From IMG/VR virus record IMGVR_UViG_3300022853_000017: a DNA stretch of 64,000 nucleotides; one strand, written 5' to 3'. The stretch is from an uncultured virus (IMG/VR IMGVR_UViG_3300022853_000017) (taxonomy: Duplodnaviria; Heunggongvirae; Uroviricota; Caudoviricetes). Shown here in pieces: positions 36,039-45,951 of this stretch (positions are counted from its first letter, which is position 1; each line of letters opens with the position of its first letter). The position numbers and the translations under genes are program-made. The notes beneath the pieces were generated by a model. That model made no database searches. It was not told where the DNA came from and saw only the letters and a list, made by a program, of their open reading frames with translations.

Positions 36039-36805
36039 ATCATGTCACCCCTTTTTGTTATTCCTCTTATATATCCAGCTGGAATTTCTTGTCCCCCACA
36101 AATCCATTTATTTTCCACTTTATTTGTGATTCTAATTTTTCCAGTAAAATGTTTTGATTTTTTAGATGAAGATTCAACACTCATTGTTCTCCCCCTCGAT
36201 TTATTTTTAAACGCATTGCTTCTCCCTCTTTGCCAACCATCAGGAATATCAATTTCATTCATAATCTTTTTTTCATTTACACCATCAGTTATAGTCATCT
36301 CACCAATTCTTTTTTTTATCCCATTTCGTATATTTTCTAAACCACTCCTCTCATGAATTCTTCCTTTATTGTCCGGTAATGTGTTAGGAAAATCTATTAT
36401 TCTTTTTTTAGCTGATATTGATTTTTTCAATTTTACTTCTGGCGAATCTTTTCTCCCAATAGTTTTCTTTGATATGCGTTTATATATTTTATTCCTTTCT
36501 TCTGGTGATTTATATTTATTTGTGTTTCCGCCCGAACCACCTTCTGATAAATTGTATATCAAATCACCAAATTTAGATTTATATTTGTCAATCCAATATA
36601 TTTCTCTATCATCTATATCACTATTATCACAATATTCAATAATAGAAACAATTAAATGATCAGTACTGCCGTGTTTTTTTATTGATTGACGCAGCAACAT
36701 TCCAGAACCAAAGTAATTTTCATCAAATATTTTTTTATGACTTTTACCAATATAAACCCTATTATTAGTTACATTTAATGTTTTGTATATATACCCCATC
36801 AACAT
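36029..36805 (-). mobile_element. GIY-YIG homing endonuclease between nrdB halves
   Basis: GYIYKT.N..NNRVYIGK...YFGSG...REIYWI...YNL..GG; very AT-rich. Confidence 0.9.
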
Positions 36806-36862
36806 ACCCCCAGTTAATATTATAATACTATTTATAATAATGGAGTATTCAAGACGAAAGAG

Positions 36863-38014
36863 TTATTCAACAATTATAAAATATTTGTCTTCTGATGGTT
36901 CAAAATCCTTTGCTAAACATTCCTTTATTTCACCACCCTGTTCATATATCATTCTATGATTTGGTGAAACTTTTTGGTCAAACCCGGCGCCCTCAAAATG
37001 ATATATTTCATCACGAATAACTTTTTGTGTTTTTGTTGGGTTTGTATATGAAAAATCTTTTGTGTTCATATCAAATTGTAACACTTCATCTTCTAATGTT
37101 ATATTTTCAATATTTTTATCGCCGGCCTTAGTTGTTACTTTCGTGCCAACCAATAATGCTTCGTCACGAATAGACCACTCAACAACCTTACCCATACCCT
37201 TCATCTTACCGAACCGCTGGAAGTTGAGGAGCATAACGAATGACGCAAACAGTGCAACACCTTCATTGAACACAGACTTTGCAAGTGCAAGACCTAGACC
37301 CTTCATTGTGGTATTGTCTGACTCCTGCATGAACTCAATCTTATTTACCATTTCCTTGTACTCTAGGAATGCATGGTACTCACTGTCTGGCAACCCAAGT
37401 GTCTCATTGAGTAGAGCATATGCACGTTGGTGTATACCTTCACGGGCTGCAAAAGAACCAAGCATGTTACGGATTTCATTATTCTTGAACTTGGGAATAA
37501 ACTGGTCATAATAGTTCTGACCCACTGCAACATCAGACTGTGTGAACAGGCGTAGGATGTTGGTAACATATTCCTTCTCAGTCTCAGTGACCTTACCAGA
37601 CTTCCAATCAGCCACATCCTCAGACAAATCAAGTTCGTCCTCAATCCAATGTGCCTTTTCATGGCGTGTGGTAATCTCTACTGCCCAAGGATAGTGAAAC
37701 GGTTTATAGGTTTCACTGAACTGTAATAGTCCACCCCCGCTGCGTTTCTTCAGTAGGTCATCACCCATCTTCATTAGATCATCATAACCCCCGATACGCT
37801 TGTCATCAATAAAGATTTGGGGAACAGAATTAACCCTACGAGTATTCATCGCACCCACCACTTCGGTAGCGCCATTGATTGTCTGATAGAACGCTAGACG
37901 TTCTTCTTCATTATCAATCAAATCCTCTTCATACTCAAATGCATGTTCCTTCAACCAACTCTTTGCCATCGTGCAAAATGGACAATCGGACTTTGTTACC
38001 ACTCTTATATTCAT
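36863..38014 (-). CDS. nrdB: glutaredoxin-RNR beta N-terminal part fused to IntN (98 aa, Ala1)
   Basis: CPFC...[41 protein letters not shown]...SPNHRM. Confidence 0.92.
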   Translation of the reverse strand: MNIRVVTKSDCPFCTMAKSWLKEHAFEYEEDLIDNEEERLAFYQTINGATEVVGAMNTRRVNSVPQIFIDDKRIGGYDDLMKMGDDLLKKRSGGGLLQFSETYKPFHYPWAVEITTRHEKAHWIEDELDLSEDVADWKSGKVTETEKEYVTNILRLFTQSDVAVGQNYYDQFIPKFKNNEIRNMLGSFAAREGIHQRAYALLNETLGLPDSEYHAFLEYKEMVNKIEFMQESDNTTMKGLGLALAKSVFNEGVALFASFVMLLNFQRFGKMKGMGKVVEWSIRDEALLVGTKVTTKAGDKNIENITLEDEVLQFDMNTKDFSYTNPTKTQKVIRDEIYHFEGAGFDQKVSPNHRMIYEQGGEIKECLAKDFEPSEDKYFIIVE

Positions 38015-38015
38015 A

Positions 38016-38330
38016 CTATACTCCAAACGATGATCCACAACCACAACTACTTTTCTGTTGTGGATTGCTAATTTTGAGGAACGAACCCCCCAACTCTGTT
38101 ACATAATCTATTTCTGACCCCAAGACATACATCTCTGCCATTGGGTCAAGTACTAATACATTTTCAATTGGTTCTGACCAATTTACATCTGGAAGCTCTG
38201 ATGCCATTGCCCAAACATATTCCAAACCAGAACATCCACCACCCTTAACTCCAAGGGACACATAGTCTCCATCTGATCTAACACTATCTAGATAATCAAC
38301 TGCCGATTTTGTTAGCGCTATCCCGAACAT
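38016..38330 (-). CDS. A-type Fe-S carrier (IscA/HesB family)
   Basis: GGGCSGLEY...IDY...NP...CGCGSSF. Confidence 0.92.
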   Translation of the reverse strand: MFGIALTKSAVDYLDSVRSDGDYVSLGVKGGGCSGLEYVWAMASELPDVNWSEPIENVLVLDPMAEMYVLGSEIDYVTELGGSFLKISNPQQKSSCGCGSSFGV

Positions 38331-39364
38331 GCTATACACTCCTCTTGTGTCATTGTTTGTGTTTCGTAATCTTTCAATGCATCACGCACTATTTTGGTTG
38401 ACACATTCTCTGCTTTGGCTGAGGTTTCTGTACGAAGATAATACAATCCCTTACAACCCAACTTCCAAGCATTGTAGTGTACTTTATGTAGGTCTGCCTT
38501 CGATGCGCCTGCTGGAAAGAACACATTTAATGACTGACCCTGACATAGAAACTGTTGCCGATCAGCAGCCTGAGAAACGATTGCGTTTTGGTCAATTTCA
38601 ATAGCAGTCCTGAATATATCCTTTACCTCTGATGACAGAAAACTTAGGTGTTGAACAGAACCACCATTAGTGATAATCGAACTCCAAGTTGTTGCATCAT
38701 TCTTATTTATCTTCTCCAATTCCTCTTCAAGATATTTATCTTTAACCAAATGGGAACCAGCACGGGTTCTGTGCGTATATGCATTTGCCTTACTGGGCTC
38801 AATAGATGGCGACGTGCCACAGATGATTGAACTGTTTGCATTAGGTGCAATTGCCAATAGGTGAGAATTGCGCCTTCTTGTACCCTTCATATCTGGACAT
38901 TCACCACGTTCCTTTGAAAGTTGTTCTGTCTCTGCAACTGCTTCTGATTTAATATGTTCAAAGATTTGAATGTTTTTAACCACAGCAGATGGAGACTCAA
39001 GGGGGATACGATGCTTGTGCAAATAAGAATGCCATCCCATTGCACCCAAACCAAGGCTACGTTCTTGTGTAGCAGAGAAACGAGCACGACTGATTTCATC
39101 ACCCGCATTGTCAATGAAGAACTGAAGGACGTTATCTAGGAATCGAATAAGATCACGAATCATTGTAGTATCCTTCCATTCATCAAATTTCTCCAGATTG
39201 ACAGATGACAAACAACACACAGCAGTGCGATCTTCATTAGTAGGAAGGTGAATCTCATTACAGTTATGCACAACAATACCATTAGCATAAAAGTTGTGGT
39301 TGTTCTCTACAGTAATATCATATACGGGCCGGCGCTGAGTTAGTTTCGTTATTTTTAAGGCCAT
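38318..39364 (-). CDS. nrdA: IntC (34 aa) fused to RNR alpha subunit C-terminal part
   Basis: VYDITVENNHNFYANGIVVHN|CNEIHLP...AIAPNANSS...QSLN...LYYLR...ECIACSG. Confidence 0.95.
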   Translation of the reverse strand: MALKITKLTQRRPVYDITVENNHNFYANGIVVHNCNEIHLPTNEDRTAVCCLSSVNLEKFDEWKDTTMIRDLIRFLDNVLQFFIDNAGDEISRARFSATQERSLGLGAMGWHSYLHKHRIPLESPSAVVKNIQIFEHIKSEAVAETEQLSKERGECPDMKGTRRRNSHLLAIAPNANSSIICGTSPSIEPSKANAYTHRTRAGSHLVKDKYLEEELEKINKNDATTWSSIITNGGSVQHLSFLSSEVKDIFRTAIEIDQNAIVSQAADRQQFLCQGQSLNVFFPAGASKADLHKVHYNAWKLGCKGLYYLRTETSAKAENVSTKIVRDALKDYETQTMTQEECIACSG

Positions 39365-39366
39365 GA

Positions 39367-40008
39367 TTATTTTCTCCTACTTGCTTCTGCTAGTTTTTGT
39401 TTGTGTTCTTTAGTTTTTACATATTTAAAGTCATCGTCACACAACCCATATTTTTTCTTCATAGAATTTTTAAATCCCACTCTGCCACCACCCAAATCTT
39501 CAAATCTACACAGCGCATAACTTGTGGGAAAACCAAGAGTTTTACTATATATAAACCAGTGATATAATGGTAATACACCATGTTCTTTAAAATAAGAATA
39601 TGCGCCTTCAAGCAGTGTTTCGTCATCAACATTAATATATCTGGGATTATTCGTTCCTTTCATCATCCTACTATGATTTTTATAAAACTCATCTCGTTTC
39701 TCTGGGGGAACACAATATCCACCATCACCACCAAGACTTTGATTATACCCATTCACATAAGTATCAAGATTTTTAATATAGAACTTTTCCATATCAGTTG
39801 CTTTCTTTTTAGAACGACCTTCCCACAATATCTTTGATGAAAAATCATCTATACCATATAATCGTATCGCATTATATAAATGCGTCTGCTGACCTCGTTT
39901 AGCATTAATATGGTGTTTGTGCAATCTCGCTGATACACCCTTTGAACTATATCCCACATATTGTTTGCCGGATGTTTTAGATGTTAATAGATATGTTGTG
40001 TATTTCAT
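39367..40008 (-). mobile_element. GIY-YIG-type homing endonuclease between nrdA halves
   Basis: TYLLT...GKQYVG.S....RL..H...E..YI...GYN...GGDG. Confidence 0.88.
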
Positions 40009-40095
40009 ATTAATCCCCGATAGATGAGTAGATGGATTTCTTGTTATACTTATATTTATAATAAAACAAATCTATAGAAATCCATCTACTATTAT

Positions 40096-41274
40096 CTAAC
40101 CAAAGACAAGATCATCATCCTCGTTCAAATCCTCAGCCTTTACATACCCACGATTTTTTGTGAATACTCTGTGGTCGGGGGTGCATTCAATAAAGTTGCC
40201 AGTTTCTTCATCCTCAATACGAATCAAATCAGCATCATTATTCATCAACGAACCAGATAATACTCTTTGATAGGAAGTTTCACCAGTTTCCACATTATAG
40301 GACAGAACTTTAACATCAGCAGCAAAACTCTGTTTGCAAATATATTCAAGTGTAACCCCAAAACAGGGATCGCCGTCTATAATACAATCAAGTTTTGTAT
40401 CACCCACAAGACACAGGTTAGACCCGTTGATTTTTAATCCTTTATCTTTCATGGTCTGTGGTAATGCACGGTTGGCTGTATCAATGAAGTTAAGATATGG
40501 TTCACCTGTGCGATAACGTGTCTCCAACACAGTTTCCCATAATTTTCTAGCCTTCATACTGTCACGGGCATCTTGTTCATTTGGATCAACCAAATCCCAC
40601 ATCTCATCACGTTCTACTGCTCGCATAAACGCATCGCTAATATTCACTGCATGATGCAAATTAAGGTTCTTACGATTCACGTCTCCTGTGGGTATACGCA
40701 TGTTTAGGAACTCAATAATATCAGGGTGGGAGATGTCCATGTATGCAGCATATGACCCCTTACGGGTCTTCCCCTGACGATATGCGGTCATGTCAGCGTC
40801 TACTGTATGGATAAATGGCATAGGACCGGGTGCTTTATCTGACACTGCACGAACATCACTCCAATGTCCACCAACACCACCACCCTTGACTGACAACCAA
40901 CGCAACTCAGCAGAATGGTCAATCAAACCCTCAAGGGTATCAGGAACATATGTGAGGAAACAGGAGATAGGAAGAGCTCGTGTCTTCTCACCCGGCATAG
41001 GAGCATTGGATAGGACCGGGGAAGCAAACATAAACCAACCATCACTTACATAATCATAAATCTTCTGGGCAAGTTCCATGTCACCATATGAATACGCAAC
41101 CGCTGCTCGTGCATATGCCTGTTGTGGTGATATTTCATCCTTTGTCTGGTAATAATCTGTAAGTAACTTCTTAGCTTGTTCTGACAGAGATTGATCTTTT
41201 GTTCTGTCTATTTTAATTCCAACGTATTCTTCTGTGGTTTTGAGGTATACAACTTCAGCGGTTGCGGTGTTCAT
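40096..41274 (-). CDS. nrdA: RNR alpha subunit N-terminal part fused to IntN (105 aa)
   Basis: FASPVLSN, ISCFL, GGGVG, RQGKTRKGS, TGEPY, GSNL|CLVGDT...CTPDHRVFT. Confidence 0.95.
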   Translation of the reverse strand: MNTATAEVVYLKTTEEYVGIKIDRTKDQSLSEQAKKLLTDYYQTKDEISPQQAYARAAVAYSYGDMELAQKIYDYVSDGWFMFASPVLSNAPMPGEKTRALPISCFLTYVPDTLEGLIDHSAELRWLSVKGGGVGGHWSDVRAVSDKAPGPMPFIHTVDADMTAYRQGKTRKGSYAAYMDISHPDIIEFLNMRIPTGDVNRKNLNLHHAVNISDAFMRAVERDEMWDLVDPNEQDARDSMKARKLWETVLETRYRTGEPYLNFIDTANRALPQTMKDKGLKINGSNLCLVGDTKLDCIIDGDPCFGVTLEYICKQSFAADVKVLSYNVETGETSYQRVLSGSLMNNDADLIRIEDEETGNFIECTPDHRVFTKNRGYVKAEDLNEDDDLVFG

Positions 41275-41283
41275 CTTTTGCTC

Positions 41284-42279
41284 CTACACTCTTCTCCATT
41301 CTGCGAACCTCAACTTTGCCGCTGGTCCAGAGAGAGTATTGTTTGTTATGATTTCTTGTATTTCTTCTTTAGTATATCCACCGATAACCATATCGTTGAT
41401 ATCCTTATACTCCATAGTATCAGGCCACAGGCATACGCTCTTCCCCTGATCAATTGTTTTCTCTATCTGTTTGTTGATCTCCTTATTTCTAGGTTCATTG
41501 TCGTAGATGATTGTGAGGCCACCTTCAATATTACTAAAGTCTGCTCCGGCAACTGCAATGCAGTTATCCAGAAACAGACTATCTAACGGTCCTTCAACAA
41601 CAAGAATAGGTTTACCCCTGTCTATCTTGTCCAGACCAAAAATCTTGTCACGGTCAGCATCAATCTTGATGGTGATATACTTAGGTTGTTCATCACCAAA
41701 GGCTCTACCCTGATACGCAAACACTTCACCTTGTTCATCACGAAACGGAATAATCAACCTTGGATGATCGCCACCCAAGGAAGGAAATTTACCTTTGATT
41801 ATCGTATTTGTGAATTTATAAAATGATTCGCATAGATATAAATCGGAGAGTGATTCCAGAGGGAGTTTTCGTCTTTCCACAATCTGTCTCGCTGGGTGGT
41901 CATTAGGTAGGTCTTTAATAGATTTAAGACCTTCAAGAATACCTTTTTTGCGAAACACTGGTGCATTGAATTTGAACTCCGGCTGAGGACTACTACGAGT
42001 CTCAACACCTTTTTTATATCGTTCCATTATATAGTCTTTGTAGGTTTTTGAGTCTATTGTCTTGACTAGGTTACCCAAAGATGCACCAACGCCACAGTTA
42101 TGACACTTGAAGAACAGGTCATTGTTCTTACGGAAGACAAATCCTCTTGTCTTAGTTCGTGATTTTTGGGAATCCCCACAATAGGGACAACGGAAGTTCC
42201 ATAAATTATCGCCCTTCTTCTTGAACTGTTGAAGATAAGGACTGATAATATTTAAGTATTTGGTATCAATATATGACAT
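41284..42279 (-). CDS. gp61: DNA primase gp61
   Basis: RCPYCGDS...KCHNCG; VEGPLDSLFL; DNEPRN; KDINDM. Confidence 0.96.
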   Translation of the reverse strand: MSYIDTKYLNIISPYLQQFKKKGDNLWNFRCPYCGDSQKSRTKTRGFVFRKNNDLFFKCHNCGVGASLGNLVKTIDSKTYKDYIMERYKKGVETRSSPQPEFKFNAPVFRKKGILEGLKSIKDLPNDHPARQIVERRKLPLESLSDLYLCESFYKFTNTIIKGKFPSLGGDHPRLIIPFRDEQGEVFAYQGRAFGDEQPKYITIKIDADRDKIFGLDKIDRGKPILVVEGPLDSLFLDNCIAVAGADFSNIEGGLTIIYDNEPRNKEINKQIEKTIDQGKSVCLWPDTMEYKDINDMVIGGYTKEEIQEIITNNTLSGPAAKLRFAEWRRV

Positions 42280-42310
42280 TCATACATAATAACAGGTCTA
42301 TGGTATAATG

Positions 42311-42742
42311 TCAAGTGATTTGCAGCAGTTTATGCAAAACAAATCCGGCGACAATTGATGCTCCTATCAGGACATGACGCCATTTCTCCAGAACGCCTAC
42401 CCTTGTGGCCAGTTCATCCTTAATCTTCTGTATCTCTTTATTCTGCTGGGTATGTTGCACTAGTGCCGCAGCCATAATCTCTTTGGTATTTGTGGTAATG
42501 CGGGAATGAAGTTCGTCTATCTTAGCGGTTAGTTCTATGCGACGAATCTCTAATTTGTTATCTGCAGCTGTAGTTGTTTCTTCTTGGCGAGCAATCTTCT
42601 CTTCATGCACAGACAACATACGATGGATTGAGTTGGAAACATCGGTCAATTTTTCAATCGCAATGTCCAAACGGTCATGTATTTTTGTTTGATCTGCTAC
42701 TTCTTTTTTAAGAAGCTCAACCTCTGTTTCCAACTCTCCCAT
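42311..42742 (-). CDS. coiled-coil protein with C-terminal membrane anchor
   Basis: RLDIAIEKL...LSVHEEKI...ELHSRITT...LEKWR. Confidence 0.7.
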   Translation of the reverse strand: MGELETEVELLKKEVADQTKIHDRLDIAIEKLTDVSNSIHRMLSVHEEKIARQEETTTAADNKLEIRRIELTAKIDELHSRITTNTKEIMAAALVQHTQQNKEIQKIKDELATRVGVLEKWRHVLIGASIVAGFVLHKLLQIT

Positions 42743-42747
42743 AATAT

Positions 42748-42912
42748 CTACTTCTCAGATTTCAACATGGTAAGAACACCCCATGCAATTGCTGCAAGTG
42801 CAGCATACTTCGCAAATGGGCCGAGGAACAACACCACAAGACCAACAGCAATCAGTGCGCCGCCATCCCATGAAGTGCGTTCCATTACTCTACTTTTAAT
42901 CCAACTAAACAT
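42748..42912 (-). CDS. small two-TM membrane protein (holin candidate)
   Basis: Manual: MFSWIKSRVMERTSWDGGALIAVGLVVLFLGPFAKYAALAAIAWGVLTMLKSEK. Confidence 0.65.
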   Translation of the reverse strand: MFSWIKSRVMERTSWDGGALIAVGLVVLFLGPFAKYAALAAIAWGVLTMLKSEK

Positions 42913-43158
42913 TTATTTCTCCTCTAATTGTTTTATTCTGACTTCTAGACTGTCAATCTTTAAACTGACATTTGGGTATTTTGTCTTCCAATTCGTTTCA
43001 TCAGCAAGAACCTTCAATCCCAATTTCCTAGATGCCCATGATGCAACATCATCAACCTTACGATAGAACCACTTACCCATCTTGGTGTCAGAGAACCAAG
43101 AATCTGCGGCACTACCAATAACGGCAGAGGCAATACTACTTATTAAAAAAAACCACAT
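42913..43158 (-). CDS. hypothetical protein
   Basis: 81-aa ORF after late promoter 43176-43183. Confidence 0.65.
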   Translation of the reverse strand: MWFFLISSIASAVIGSAADSWFSDTKMGKWFYRKVDDVASWASRKLGLKVLADETNWKTKYPNVSLKIDSLEVRIKQLEEK

Positions 43159-43178
43159 ACTGTTTCCTTTTTATTTAT

Positions 43179-44030
43179 TTATACGACCACTGAAGGCCAT
43201 GGAAGGCCCGCAGCATCGGCTAAATAATTCCACCGATTGTTACTAGAGGTCGGCGAGGCCTCGCCTCGATATGTGTAAGTGTCTTTGTTAGCTAGTGAAC
43301 GGAATGGACCATAACTACCCCTTTCAGCACAATATAAATCAAAGTCACGTCCTGTTTTTCCATCTGCAACAAAAGTTTCATATCCTCTTTGGTAGGCGCA
43401 AGGCATACACCACAATTTATTACATGTGGATGTGTCACACTTATGAGTAAGCACACGAAGCTCCTCTGGCATTGCTTCATATTGTGCAAATCTACCTGTG
43501 AGTGTCTTGTGAAACAAATCAGGATCAAGGTCTTTACCCGTTGGTATGGGAGTTAGATCAGGAGAACCGCCTAGATAGATATCAACACCAGCAGACTCAA
43601 TCAGCCCCCGCATCTCAGAATTTTCAAGATATCCCCAATCCGTTGCCGTATTTTCCATCGATATTCCAATAGAAATTGCATCTGCTCCAGTTTCAGATGG
43701 CCAGATGGCATACGATTCGTATCGTGGTAGAATCATGCCAATATCATAGGTTCCTTTTGTAAATCCACTGAGAACAGGGACTCTATTATTGACGTAATCA
43801 ATTGACCAATCAACAAATTGTAAATCAAAGTCTCGGATAGTGGATTTAATTAAAAGAATAATTTCTCTAATAGACTCTATTTCTTTCATATTGTCCCTAT
43901 CATTGTATCCGGGCACATTCCATTTCTCAACTGCATATCTCACAACAACCTCAGCATCGGTTTCCGTTAACCAGCGACAAAGATTATAGGTCGAATTAAC
44001 TCCTCCCGAAAATGGTATAAGAATTTTCAA
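43179..44030 (-). CDS. PP-loop (QueC-like) adenine-nucleotide alpha-hydrolase
   Basis: LIPFSGGVNST PP-loop variant; C-terminal CxxxxCxxxxCxxC cluster. Confidence 0.55.
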   Translation of the reverse strand: MKILIPFSGGVNSTYNLCRWLTETDAEVVVRYAVEKWNVPGYNDRDNMKEIESIREIILLIKSTIRDFDLQFVDWSIDYVNNRVPVLSGFTKGTYDIGMILPRYESYAIWPSETGADAISIGISMENTATDWGYLENSEMRGLIESAGVDIYLGGSPDLTPIPTGKDLDPDLFHKTLTGRFAQYEAMPEELRVLTHKCDTSTCNKLWCMPCAYQRGYETFVADGKTGRDFDLYCAERGSYGPFRSLANKDTYTYRGEASPTSSNNRWNYLADAAGLPWPSVVV

Positions 44031-44031
44031 G

Positions 44032-44208
44032 TTAACCCCAATCTGGTGTTGTGCATTTTTCGCATCTACAAGATTTACAAACTTCTACTTGACCTTCAAT
44101 GCCATGGCTGTAAGGTTCACGTCTATAATCTTTCATCCTTTTCGTTCCACAATGAGATTCGTGACCACAAATATTGCAATAGGTCACATCCCAATCTTCA
44201 GCCATCAT
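44032..44208 (-). CDS. small Cys-rich protein
   Basis: CNICGHESHCG...VCKSCRCEKC. Confidence 0.65.
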   Translation of the reverse strand: MMAEDWDVTYCNICGHESHCGTKRMKDYRREPYSHGIEGQVEVCKSCRCEKCTTPDWG

Positions 44209-44684
44209 TAGTCTTCCTCTCTTGGAATGATTGACCAACGACCAAATAGAACAACTGCATAATATGCGGCATGCATTTTCCACTTCGGAACAGATGGAGC
44301 AGCATCTTTCATTGCCATCAGGAAAACCTTATCTGATGCCTTTTTTGCAGATTTGTATGCACGTTGAACTTCTTCTACATTCGGATCATCAGGGTCTTCG
44401 TTTTTGAAACGATACTGGCGAATGCGTTTGTAGAGAAGGTCATGAATGATTGCAGCACGAGCGATGTCCCACGGGGAAATCAACCACCAGATTGCACGAG
44501 GCACACTAGCTAAGTCAGTGACAAAACCCTTAGAGCAAGTGATCTTACTATCGGGACATTTTACACCAACTGCCTGTAGTGCAGCCGCATCAATCTCATC
44601 ATTCTGATAAGAGAGGGCTCGTTCCAGAATCCACTTCTTGGGTGGATGAAATTCAGCTGAAATTTTATTATTGAACTTTCCCAT
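44208..44684 (-). CDS. DUF1353-like protein
   Basis: GFVTDLASVPR..W...AAIIHDLLY...D.VF..AM...Y.AV..FG. Confidence 0.82.
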   Translation of the reverse strand: MGKFNNKISAEFHPPKKWILERALSYQNDEIDAAALQAVGVKCPDSKITCSKGFVTDLASVPRAIWWLISPWDIARAAIIHDLLYKRIRQYRFKNEDPDDPNVEEVQRAYKSAKKASDKVFLMAMKDAAPSVPKWKMHAAYYAVVLFGRWSIIPREED

Positions 44685-45030
44685 TTTTATCTTCTTTCTT
44701 CTCTGGCGCTACCGCATTTTCATAGTAGACAATGATCTGTTTCTGTTGTTCTATATATCGTCTCAGTTCAGCAAAGTTCAGCGCCAGATTTTCATAATCC
44801 TTTACTGATAGTGCGATATAAGAATCAGCACCATTCTTCTTCGCATATTCCTTGACAAATTCAGCGTAGTTAGCCTTTGCAACTACATAGATTTTTACAT
44901 CATTTAGCTGGACTTGCTTTGGCCTTGTTACTATTGGAACTTCCGTCTTTACTGTCTTTGTTACCGTCACTACCTTTGACGGCATCAGACTGCACCCCCC
45001 CAGTAGGATCAGTGATGACAGCAAGATCAT
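44668..45030 (-). CDS. outer-membrane spanin lipoprotein (Rz1-like)
   Basis: Lipobox LGGC; overlaps the 3' end of the upstream i-spanin. Confidence 0.7.
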   Translation of the reverse strand: MILLSSLILLGGCSLMPSKVVTVTKTVKTEVPIVTRPKQVQLNDVKIYVVAKANYAEFVKEYAKKNGADSYIALSVKDYENLALNFAELRRYIEQQKQIIVYYENAVAPEKKEDKNGKVQ

Positions 45031-45379
45031 CCCATAAACGATTGGTCGCATTTTGCATCCTCTTTTCTATCAAACCCGGCTTCTTATTTGCCAAGTGTGT
45101 TAGGTTGTGTTTTTGCAAAGTTGCACGGAGTTCATCACCATAACCCTCTGCAATCTGCAATTCCTTCTGTAGTTCTCTACTTAGTTCTGCGTTTTTTGCA
45201 ATATCGTTTTGCAATGTTGTAATACTATCTTCACTAATCTGAATTGCAATTTCAAGCTTTGCATTGTTCTCAGTAAGAATAGCAATGCGTTGTTGGGTAT
45301 CCTTATAATACAAATACCCACCGAAACCTACGGCACTAAGCACACCCATGATGATCAGGAATAGATATACTTTAATCAT
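44900..45379 (-). CDS. inner-membrane spanin (Rz-like)
   Basis: N-terminal TM plus long coiled coil; LANKKPGLIEKR. Confidence 0.7.
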   Translation of the reverse strand: MIKVYLFLIIMGVLSAVGFGGYLYYKDTQQRIAILTENNAKLEIAIQISEDSITTLQNDIAKNAELSRELQKELQIAEGYGDELRATLQKHNLTHLANKKPGLIEKRMQNATNRLWDDLAVITDPTGGVQSDAVKGSDGNKDSKDGSSNSNKAKASPAK

Positions 45380-45951
45380 CAGTCAATATACATATTCAGT
45401 TCATATCTCTTATTGTCGAGATTAGCAACTTGAATATGCACTTTCTGTTTCTTGTTTGTGTCAAGGATATAACTGTTGGTCTTGCCACTACTGGGTTTCT
45501 TTGGACCAGATGCAACCTTGCTATCAATCTCAGATGGGTCTACTGTCACGCCTTTGGTCTTTGCAAACTTGTATGCGTGTTGCATGACTCCAGAGAAATC
45601 CTTGTGATACAGTTCGTATCCAGTGGCAGACTTTGCAGCATTTACAGGCTGAATGTCTGCAACAGGTTTTGCTACATCATATCCAGAACCATATGCAATT
45701 TCAGAAACAGCATCCTCTTTAATCTTTTCAATGAAAGCACTCTTCTTTGATTCCCGCTTGGCTCGGCGTGTTTCTAAACGTGTTTTGTGTTCCCGATATG
45801 CCTTAGTGCGAGCATCAATCAAGGAACGGTTAAGCAATTTCTTTTTCTTACCACCATCAGGGTTCATGTCTACTGCACCACTACTTGCGTTATTAGCGGG
45901 GGCATCTTCTTCTAACCCACTATGGGGGGATACTTCTATCCAGCGTTTCAT
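45379..45951 (-). CDS. modular hypothetical protein (putative internal head protein)
   Basis: LEEDAPAN motif; C-terminal GYELYHK...YELNMYI module. Confidence 0.6.
   Translation of the reverse strand: MKRWIEVSPHSGLEEDAPANNASSGAVDMNPDGGKKKKLLNRSLIDARTKAYREHKTRLETRRAKRESKKSAFIEKIKEDAVSEIAYGSGYDVAKPVADIQPVNAAKSATGYELYHKDFSGVMQHAYKFAKTKGVTVDPSEIDSKVASGPKKPSSGKTNSYILDTNKKQKVHIQVANLDNKRYELNMYID

Noticed and set aside
35895..40413. Group I introns in nrdA/nrdB as in T4
   Set aside because: Breakpoints carry intein blocks (C1/A1, TxxH-like, HN/GN followed by C/S), so these are protein trans-splicing elements.
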